A DNA stretch of 64,000 nucleotides, from positions 92,572 to 156,571 of the forward strand of contig CALUNH010000001.1 of NCBI GenBank assembly GCA_944321965.1, written 5' to 3'. The stretch's first letter is position 1. Every line of letters starts with the position of its first letter. The stretch comes from an uncultured Alistipes sp. Lineage in GTDB: Bacteria; Bacteroidota; Bacteroidia; Bacteroidales; Rikenellaceae. A program made the position numbers and the translations under genes. Below, one piece after another: positions 56,981-64,000 of the stretch. The notes under the pieces are model-generated. The model was not told the DNA's origin and did not search any database. It worked only from the letters and a program-made list of their open reading frames with translations.

Positions 56981-57886
56981 ATGAGATCCATCGCTAAAAG
57001 AACGGGAATACTGCTTCTGGCGGCGCTGCTGCTCGGGAGCTGCCGGTCGGAACGGCAGCGGGTGCATGACGCCTACTGCAGCTGGCCGATGGGGCTGTCG
57101 GTCTCGCTGACCCTGCCCGAGGAGCGGCTCCGCGAGGTCCGCGAGGCGGGATTCGACTACGTGGAGGTGACGCTCAACTCCCTGCGGACGAAATCCCGCG
57201 AGGAGTGCACGGCAGCTCTCGAACGCTTCCGGGCCGATGCCGAGCGGGTCGGACTGACCATCTGGTCGGTACACCTGCCCTTCGGCCGGGCCTGGGACAT
57301 CTCCTCGCCGGATGACTCCGTCCGCACGGCCGTCGTCGACCGGATCGCCTGGTTCATCGAGGCCGTACAGCCGCTCCGGCCCCGGAAGATGATCCTGCAC
57401 CCGAGTGCCGAGCCCATTGCCGACTCGCTGCGGGGGCTTCACATCGAACACAGCATCCGCTCGATCAACACGCTGGCGGCCGTGGCTGCCGGATACGATG
57501 CCCAGCTTCTCGTGGAGGACCTCCCGCGGACCTGCCTCTGCAACACCTCCCGGGAGATGCTTTCGATTTTCGAGCGGCTGGACCCGGCGGTGGGCGTATG
57601 CTTCGACACGAACCACCTGCTGCAGGAGACCCCCGACGCCTTCGCCCGGGCCCTGGGCGGGAGAATCGCCAGCCTGCATGTCTCGGACTACGACGCCGTG
57701 GATGAAAAGCACTGGCTCATGGGGCGCGGCACGATCGACTGGCCGACGGTGGTCACGGCCCTGACCGATATCGGCTACGACGGCGTATTCCTGTTCGAGG
57801 TGGGCGGCTACGACTCGTTCCGGGAGGTCGCCGAAAGCTGGAACAGGCTGGAACAACGCCTTGCAAGCGAAAACAACGACAATTAA
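56981..57886 (+). CDS. Xylose-isomerase-like TIM-barrel (sugar phosphate isomerase/epimerase family) lipoprotein
   Basis: AGFDYVE, SVHLPF, VEDLP, FDTNH, LHVSD...H...G.G.IDW, GYDG...FE; lipobox LGSC. Confidence 0.85.
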   Translation: MRSIAKRTGILLLAALLLGSCRSERQRVHDAYCSWPMGLSVSLTLPEERLREVREAGFDYVEVTLNSLRTKSREECTAALERFRADAERVGLTIWSVHLPFGRAWDISSPDDSVRTAVVDRIAWFIEAVQPLRPRKMILHPSAEPIADSLRGLHIEHSIRSINTLAAVAAGYDAQLLVEDLPRTCLCNTSREMLSIFERLDPAVGVCFDTNHLLQETPDAFARALGGRIASLHVSDYDAVDEKHWLMGRGTIDWPTVVTALTDIGYDGVFLFEVGGYDSFREVAESWNRLEQRLASENNDN

Positions 57887-57898
57887 AAACCCAATACC

Positions 57899-59377
57899 AT
57901 GAAACGATTCATACAACGAACGACCGGGCTCATGGCCGGACTCCTGCTGGTCGTATCGTGTCAAAACAACGAACTGGAAGTCCCCGGCCAGCCCGATTTC
58001 ATCGTCGTGGGGCTCGAATACCCCTACACGATCCAGATGGGAGACTCCTTCGAGCTTTCGGTCCCCGAGGAGCCCGGCGCGGAGAGCTACTTCTGGCAAC
58101 TCCCCGAGATGCTCAACGTCCTCGAAGGGGAGAACACCTCGCGGCTGCTGGTGTCGGGACTGATCGAAGGGGTGATCCCCGCCGGAATCATCACCGTCAC
58201 GGCAATCAATGCCGCGGGCAACAGCACGCCCCGAACCCTGTGGAAAGATATCACCATCACGGGTCTTCCGCCGCGTCCGGCCTACGTCCAGACCTCGATC
58301 ACGGGATCGCTGACCGTCGACATGGACGAGGAGTTCTCGGTCTACGTCCCGGACGACGAGACGATCGCCACCTATGCGTGGAGCGTTCCCGAAGCGCTGA
58401 CGGTCGTCGACGGCAGTGAGACCTCGCGGGTGATCGTCAGGGCCAACCGCAAGTCGGTGAACATTCCGGCCAATGCGATTTCGGTCACGACGGTCAGCAA
58501 GACCGGGCTCCAGGAGACGCACCACTTCGAGAAGATGATCGTCGTGCTGCCGATCGACGAGTACCACACGGCCAAGCGCTACGGCTCGAAGACCTGGATG
58601 ACCGTGAACCTCAACTACGCCGGCGAGGACGGCACGGTGGGCCGCACGGCTCCGGACGATCCCGACGGTTCGAAGTACGGGCGTTACTACACCTGGGAGG
58701 AGGCCATGACGGGACTCTCCGCGGGAGACAACCCCTATATCTACGGAGCGGCCGGAACCGACGACATGGGCAACTCCTATACGCTCAACGACGGTGTGAC
58801 CTCCTACAACGTCCAGATCCGCGGTATCTGCCCCGAAGGGTGGCACATCCCCAACGCCTATGATTTCTACGACCTGGCGGTCGGCGTGGCCGACGACTAC
58901 GGGCTGCGCAAGAACTCCATCGAGGAGGTTGTAAGCGCCGTGGCTGGCATCTATCTGCCCGACAACCGGGAGAAAAACCCGATGGCGCCCATGAACATGA
59001 TCGACTACGGATTCATCGCCTCCTACCTGCGCGGCAGCCGTCCGGCAGCGGAAGGCGGCATGTGGGCCGCCCACAGCAATGCTGTCGACAACGGCACGAT
59101 GTTCAACCTGACGAAAGCCAGCGGAAAGTTCCCGGCCGGAAAATACCCGATGTATTTCCCGGATGAGATCGAGCGGATCGGCTTCAACGTTCTCCCGTGC
59201 GGCAAATACACGGGCGATACGTTCGGCAGTTTCGGAGCCTACTCGTTCCATTGGACCGCCACGGTGACGAGCAGCAACAAACACTACCGCATCACGATCG
59301 GCAACAACTCCTGCAACTTCTCGACCTACGCCGAGTCGGGATCGTCGAACAACGTGCGCTGTGTAGCCAACTATTGA
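57899..59377 (+). CDS. Lipoprotein with PKD-like repeats and a C-terminal Fibrobacter succinogenes major (FISUMP) domain
   Basis: Lipobox VVSC; WMTVNLNY, YGRYYTW, GICPEGWHIP, GFNVLPCG, VRCV. Confidence 0.85.
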   Translation: MKRFIQRTTGLMAGLLLVVSCQNNELEVPGQPDFIVVGLEYPYTIQMGDSFELSVPEEPGAESYFWQLPEMLNVLEGENTSRLLVSGLIEGVIPAGIITVTAINAAGNSTPRTLWKDITITGLPPRPAYVQTSITGSLTVDMDEEFSVYVPDDETIATYAWSVPEALTVVDGSETSRVIVRANRKSVNIPANAISVTTVSKTGLQETHHFEKMIVVLPIDEYHTAKRYGSKTWMTVNLNYAGEDGTVGRTAPDDPDGSKYGRYYTWEEAMTGLSAGDNPYIYGAAGTDDMGNSYTLNDGVTSYNVQIRGICPEGWHIPNAYDFYDLAVGVADDYGLRKNSIEEVVSAVAGIYLPDNREKNPMAPMNMIDYGFIASYLRGSRPAAEGGMWAAHSNAVDNGTMFNLTKASGKFPAGKYPMYFPDEIERIGFNVLPCGKYTGDTFGSFGAYSFHWTATVTSSNKHYRITIGNNSCNFSTYAESGSSNNVRCVANY

Positions 59378-59457
59378 TGTTTTCAACCGCTCCGACGGGC
59401 CGCATGTCGCGGAAAGGCTTCTGCAACGTGCGGCCCGAACGGGAAATATTCAGACTC

Positions 59458-61731
59458 ATGAACTGCAAGAAGAGAATGATCCTGCCGCTGCTGGCCCTGC
59501 TGGGGCTGTCGAACGGATTGGCTGCAACGGCAGCCTCCGCAGCCACAACGGTCACAACGGTCACAACAGCCACAACGGTCCCGGCGGCCCAGGCGGTCCC
59601 GGCGGTCCCGGCCGAGGAGTCCCCCCGGGCGATCGACATCCATACCGACGGGCTCTCGCTGGTCTTCGCGGCCGCACCGGGCGGCGTGCTTACACAGTGC
59701 CACTTCGGGGCAAGGATCGACGACCCGGCACCGCTGGCGGCTCTCGGCACCGGAGTTGCGGCCTACCCCACGGCCGAAGGTTTCGACTTCCGGAACCCGG
59801 CCCTGCGCGTCACGCACGCCAACGGCGATCCGAATACCGAACTGCGTTACGTTTCGCACGCCTCGAAGCAGCTTGCCGACGGGAATGTCACGGAGACGGC
59901 TATCCGCCTCAGCGACCGTCGTGAGGCGCTCGACGTCGAACTCGTCTTCACGGCCTACGCCCGGGAGAACGTCATCACGGCCCACACCCTGATCCGCAAC
60001 CGGGAGAAAGGTGCGGTCGAACTCCGCGACTTCTACTCCCCGGGGCTCTCGTTCCGGGCCGGGAAGTACCTGCTGACCCACCTCTACGGCGCCTGGGCCC
60101 GCGAGGCGCAGGTCGAACACACGCTGCTGAACCACGGGTCGAAGAGTATCGAGTCGTCGCGCGGCGTGCGGACCACCCACACCGAACAACCCGCTTTCCT
60201 GCTGACGCTCGACAGCGACTCCTTCCGCGAGGAGTGCGGCGAAGTCATCGCCGGAGCCCTGGCCTGGAGCGGCAACTTCCGGCTGAACTTCGAGGTGGAC
60301 GAATCCGACCGCCTGACCGTACTGGCCGGGGCCAACCCTGCCGGTTCGGAATATACGCTCCATGCGGGCGAGACGTTCCGCACCCCGGAGATGATCTACA
60401 CCTACTCGGACCAGGGTGCGGGCGGCGCCTCGCGCAACCTCCACGACTGGGCCCGCCGCTACGGCGTCTATCGCAACACGCATACGGTGCCGACGCTGCT
60501 GAACAGCTGGGAAGGGGCCTATTTCGATTTCGATTTCCAGACCCTGGCGGGGATGATCGACGATGCAGCCGCAATGGGGCTGGAGATGTTCGTCCTCGAC
60601 GACGGATGGTTCGGCAACAAATATCCGCGCAACAGCTCCGGAGCCGGGCTGGGCGACTGGCAGGTCAACGTCCGCAAACTCCCCGAAGGAATCGACAGCA
60701 TCGCCTCCTATGCCCATGCCCGGGGGCTGAAGTTCGGAATCTGGATCGAGCCCGAGATGGTCAACCCGAAGAGCGAACTGGCCGAACGCCACCCCGACTG
60801 GATCGTCCGGATGCCGGGGCGTGAGGCTCCGCTGAGCCGAAACCAGTGGCTGCTCGACCTGACGAACCCCGCCGTGCAGGATTTCGTCTTCGGGGTCTTC
60901 GACCAAACGATGCAACTCTCCGCGAAGATCGACTACATCAAGTGGGATGCCAACCGCAACGCCTGCAACGCCGGTTCGGCCTACCTCCCGGCCGCCGAAC
61001 AGAGCCGCTTCTGGTTCGACTACACCCAGGGGTTCTACCGCGTGCTGGAGCGCATCCGGGCCAAATACCCCGATGTTCTGATTCAGGCCTGCGCCTCGGG
61101 TGGCGGACGGGTCGAGTACGGTGCCCTGCGCTATTTCGACGAGGTGTGGACCAGCGACAACACCGAGGCGCTCTCCCGGGCACGGATCCAGTACGGCACG
61201 AGCCTCTTCTATCCGGCTTCGGTCATGGGCGCGCACGTCTCGGCGGTCCCCAACCACCAGACCGGCAACCGTACACCGTTGAAGTTCCGTTTCGACATGG
61301 CGTGCGCCGGGCGCCTCGGCATGGAGCTGCAGCCGCGGCAGATGGATGACGAAGAGAAGGCTTTCGCCCGGAAGGCGATCGCCTCCTACAAGGGTTACCG
61401 GGACCTCGTCCTGCAGGGAGACCTCTACCGGATCGGAACCCCTTACGACCGTTCGGGCTGCTACGCCGTGCTGTATGTTGCCAAGGACAAACGGCGGGCC
61501 GTGCTCTTCACCTACTGTCTGCAATATCAGGGGCGGACCTTGCGTCCGAAATTCCGGCTCCGCGGGCTCGACCCGCAGACGGAGTACCGGATCCGGGAGT
61601 TGAATGTCGAGAAGCCCCGGTTCGGATTCGACGGCGGGACGTTCAGCGGCTCGCTGCTCGCCGAGGTGGGTCTCGAACCGGCGCTGTCGAAACTTTACGA
61701 CAGCGGGGTCTTCCTGCTCGAAGCGGAGTAA
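59458..61731 (+). CDS. Alpha-galactosidase (GH36)
   Basis: LLNSWEG.YF, FVLDDGWFG, FGIWIEPEMV, YIKWDAN, CASGGGR, WTSDNT; signal peptide plus T/A/V/P-rich linker. Confidence 0.95.
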   Translation: MNCKKRMILPLLALLGLSNGLAATAASAATTVTTVTTATTVPAAQAVPAVPAEESPRAIDIHTDGLSLVFAAAPGGVLTQCHFGARIDDPAPLAALGTGVAAYPTAEGFDFRNPALRVTHANGDPNTELRYVSHASKQLADGNVTETAIRLSDRREALDVELVFTAYARENVITAHTLIRNREKGAVELRDFYSPGLSFRAGKYLLTHLYGAWAREAQVEHTLLNHGSKSIESSRGVRTTHTEQPAFLLTLDSDSFREECGEVIAGALAWSGNFRLNFEVDESDRLTVLAGANPAGSEYTLHAGETFRTPEMIYTYSDQGAGGASRNLHDWARRYGVYRNTHTVPTLLNSWEGAYFDFDFQTLAGMIDDAAAMGLEMFVLDDGWFGNKYPRNSSGAGLGDWQVNVRKLPEGIDSIASYAHARGLKFGIWIEPEMVNPKSELAERHPDWIVRMPGREAPLSRNQWLLDLTNPAVQDFVFGVFDQTMQLSAKIDYIKWDANRNACNAGSAYLPAAEQSRFWFDYTQGFYRVLERIRAKYPDVLIQACASGGGRVEYGALRYFDEVWTSDNTEALSRARIQYGTSLFYPASVMGAHVSAVPNHQTGNRTPLKFRFDMACAGRLGMELQPRQMDDEEKAFARKAIASYKGYRDLVLQGDLYRIGTPYDRSGCYAVLYVAKDKRRAVLFTYCLQYQGRTLRPKFRLRGLDPQTEYRIRELNVEKPRFGFDGGTFSGSLLAEVGLEPALSKLYDSGVFLLEAE

Positions 61732-61773
61732 ACGCTCCAACGGGCCGGGCGAACAAAACGGCCGCCGCAAACG

Positions 61774-61812
61774 AAACGGGACGTATCTCGCAGAAAGATA
61801 CGTCCCGTTTTT
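61774..61812. terminator. Bidirectional terminator
   Basis: AAACGGGACGTATCT-loop-AGATACGTCCCGTTTTT between convergent genes. Confidence 0.85.
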
Positions 61813-61840
61813 CATGCCGCAGCGCTCCGTCGGAGCAAGG

Positions 61841-62551
61841 TTATTCCTGGGCCTCCTTCAAAGCTGCAAGGTTGCGCTCCTGATTGAGGAACTGGTACTG
61901 GAGGTGGATGCGCATCGCCGAGCGGAACAGGTCGGGACGCCCCATCTTCAGAATCTCGACCAGCGTCCGGTGGGTCATCATCTCGTGCACCTTCCAGTTC
62001 GCCGAACGGGGCGTATACAACGCAAAGAGTTTGCTCAGCAGGTGCTGGAAATACTGCAGGCTCTTGTTTCCCGACATCCCGTACAGGATGCTGTGGAACC
62101 GGATATCCAGCTGTTTGAGCAACTGCGGATCGGTCGACTGCTCCTCCTGCTCGACAATCTCCTGCAACAACTCGATCTTGTCGTCCGTGCGGTTGCCGAC
62201 CACGTAATCGGCCATGCCGATTTCGAGCATGATGCGCAGCTCGTAGAGATCCTCCACGGACTGATCGTCCAGAAATCCGGACATGACGACATATTTCAGA
62301 ATCCCGAAAACCTTGGGGGCCACGAAGATGGTCCCCTTTTTCCGTTTGGTCTCCAGAAAGCCCAGGGTCCGCAAACCGCTGTAAGCCTCGCGGATCACCA
62401 CGCGGCTAACGCCCAGGATATCGGCCATTTCGTTCTCCTTGGGGAGGACCGAATTGAATTGATACTTCTTCTCGGCGATATATTCCAGAATCCGGTGCTG
62501 CGTCTGCTCCACCAGTGAGATCTCCTGATTCTCTTTTTTCGGGCCCGTCAT
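61841..62551 (-). CDS. GntR/FadR-family transcriptional regulator
   Basis: LPKENEMA..LGVSR.VIREA HTH; FCD domain ELRIMLE...D.RFH; start MTGPKK at 62551. Confidence 0.93.
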   Translation of the reverse strand: MTGPKKENQEISLVEQTQHRILEYIAEKKYQFNSVLPKENEMADILGVSRVVIREAYSGLRTLGFLETKRKKGTIFVAPKVFGILKYVVMSGFLDDQSVEDLYELRIMLEIGMADYVVGNRTDDKIELLQEIVEQEEQSTDPQLLKQLDIRFHSILYGMSGNKSLQYFQHLLSKLFALYTPRSANWKVHEMMTHRTLVEILKMGRPDLFRSAMRIHLQYQFLNQERNLAALKEAQE

Positions 62552-62862
62552 GTCGGTTTTTTCTTGCAAAAATACAAAAAAAAGTTGGTTCACCAATGGA
62601 ACCGGTATTTTCACACCGAAAAAGCCTGATGATTTAAATTATTTTAATAACCATACCCCGAACCCTTTTCGTCCTGAAATTCATTTTAAATAATATTTAT
62701 TAATGGCTTTTATCCCCCAAAAAGCGATTTTTTTGCTAAAAAAACACAGATATGTATTATTTATATCGAATAAATAGCTATATTTGTTGCGAGAGTCGTT
62801 TTTTCAGTCTTTCATACGCAACACGCATTCTATACCAAAATATATAAAAACAAGGTTTCATT

Positions 62863-63777
62863 ATGGAAAAAATCAAAGGTTTGATCGACGCCCCGTTCAC
62901 CCCGATGCTGGCAAACGGTGACGTGAATCCCGCCCCGATTCCGGCCTATGCCGCCATGCTGGCGAAAAACGGCCTGAAGGGAGTATTCATCAACGGCTCG
63001 TCCGGCGAAGGGTACATGCTGACCCCCGAGGAGCGGATCCTGCTGGCCGAAAAATGGATGGAGGCCGCCCCGGCCGGTTTCAAGGTGATCGTGCACGTGG
63101 GCAGCTGCTGCCTGCGCGAAAGCGTCCGCCTGGCGGAGCACGCCGCACGGATCGGAGCCTGGGGAATCGGAGCCATGGCTCCCCCGTTCCCGAAGATCGG
63201 ACGCATCGAGGAGCTGGTGGCCTACTGCGAGACCATTGCCGCCGCAGCCCCCGAACTCCCCTTCTACTACTACCACATTCCGGCCTTCAACGGGGCGTTC
63301 CTGCCCATGACCGAGCTGCTGAAGGCCGTGGACGGGCGCATCCCCAACTTTGCGGGCATCAAATACACCTTCGAGAGCCTCTACGAATACAACCAGTGCC
63401 GCCTCTACAAGAACGGCAAGTACGACATGCTCCACGGTCAGGACGAGACGATCCTCCCGAGCCTCACGCAAGGAACCGAAGGCGGCATCGGCGGCACGAC
63501 CAACTACAACGGACGCGAACTCACCGGCATCATCGAGGCCTGGCAGCGCGGCGACCTGGAGACCGCGCGCGAGAAGCAGAACTTCGCTCAGGCGGTCATC
63601 AACGTGATCTGCAACTACCGCGGCAACATCGTCGGCGGCAAGCGGATCATGAAACTCATCGGTTTTGACCTCGGGCCGAACCGGATCCCGTTCCGGAACA
63701 TGACCGACGACGAGGAGGCCGCCATGAAACGGGAACTGGAAGCGATCCATTTCTTCGAGCGCTGCAACAAATTCTGA
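62863..63777 (+). CDS. nanA: N-acetylneuraminate lyase (DHDPS family)
   Basis: APFTP, NGSSGEG, YYYHIP, GIKYT (Schiff-base Lys), GQDE, GGTTNY; resembles Bacteroidales NanL. TATATTTG box at 62779-62786. Confidence 0.85.
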   Translation: MEKIKGLIDAPFTPMLANGDVNPAPIPAYAAMLAKNGLKGVFINGSSGEGYMLTPEERILLAEKWMEAAPAGFKVIVHVGSCCLRESVRLAEHAARIGAWGIGAMAPPFPKIGRIEELVAYCETIAAAAPELPFYYYHIPAFNGAFLPMTELLKAVDGRIPNFAGIKYTFESLYEYNQCRLYKNGKYDMLHGQDETILPSLTQGTEGGIGGTTNYNGRELTGIIEAWQRGDLETAREKQNFAQAVINVICNYRGNIVGGKRIMKLIGFDLGPNRIPFRNMTDDEEAAMKRELEAIHFFERCNKF

Positions 63778-63803
63778 AAACCGTAACCCTAAAACTACGA
63801 ACC

Positions 63804-64000
63804 ATGAACAAATTTCATCTCCTTGTCGCAGCATTCTGCCTGTCGGGAGTCTCTTGCAACCAGGAGTCCTACAAGCAGGATTTCTCGACGCCCGGAACGA
63901 ACCGCATTTCGTTTTCGTGCACGGCGGAGAAGAGTGACGGAAGCCTGTCGGTCTGGGATTCCGACAGCCAGATCGGGTTGTTCTGCGAGCAGACCGGCAC
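63804..64000 (+). CDS. Lipoprotein (fimbrillin/Mfa-like N-terminus), truncated at the right edge
   Basis: Translated by hand: MNKFHLLVAAFCLSGVSC (lipobox)...WDSDSQIGLF; frame open to the edge. Confidence 0.6.
   Translation, partial: MNKFHLLVAAFCLSGVSCNQESYKQDFSTPGTNRISFSCTAEKSDGSLSVWDSDSQIGLFCEQTG

Noticed and set aside
59200-59377. FISUMP C-terminus as a diversity-generating retroelement target
   Set aside because: No template repeat with adenine-specific differences and no reverse transcriptase in the window; a remote TR cannot be excluded.

Overview
GC-rich (roughly 60% by eye) Bacteroidota chromosomal segment, most like Alistipes/Rikenellaceae from its gene content and TAnnTTTG (-7) promoter boxes. 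About 1-10 kb: housekeeping genes (DEAD-box helicase, miaB, YitT, plsY, acyl-CoA synthetase, LytS/LytTR pair, solitary HsdR_N, an apparently inactive GH2) and tRNA-Lys(CTT), followed by a ~200-bp palindromic integration scar. About 10.7-23 kb: divergent thrBC and ilvDBNC-asnB operons, each preceded by a leader peptide, then a ROK kinase and manA. A ~470-bp highly structured non-coding element follows. About 23.7-48.8 kb: a chondroitin/dermatan sulfate PUL (two PL8 chondroitinase-ABC-type lyases, a PL29-like lyase, GH88, sulfatase, SusC/D, surface lipoproteins) with a cytoplasmic amino-sugar module. About 49-62 kb: an ECF/FecR-controlled PUL with GH36, then a GntR regulator, N-acetylneuraminate lyase and a truncated lipoprotein gene. 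Best leads: a Val/Ile/Leu and Asn-rich attenuator in front of an ilv operon ending in asnB; a Thr-rich leader with no intrinsic terminator; the structured element with five T-CTT-A hairpins; and the nested palindromes at tRNA-Lys. All family assignments come from recognising motifs by eye; no database searches were run.
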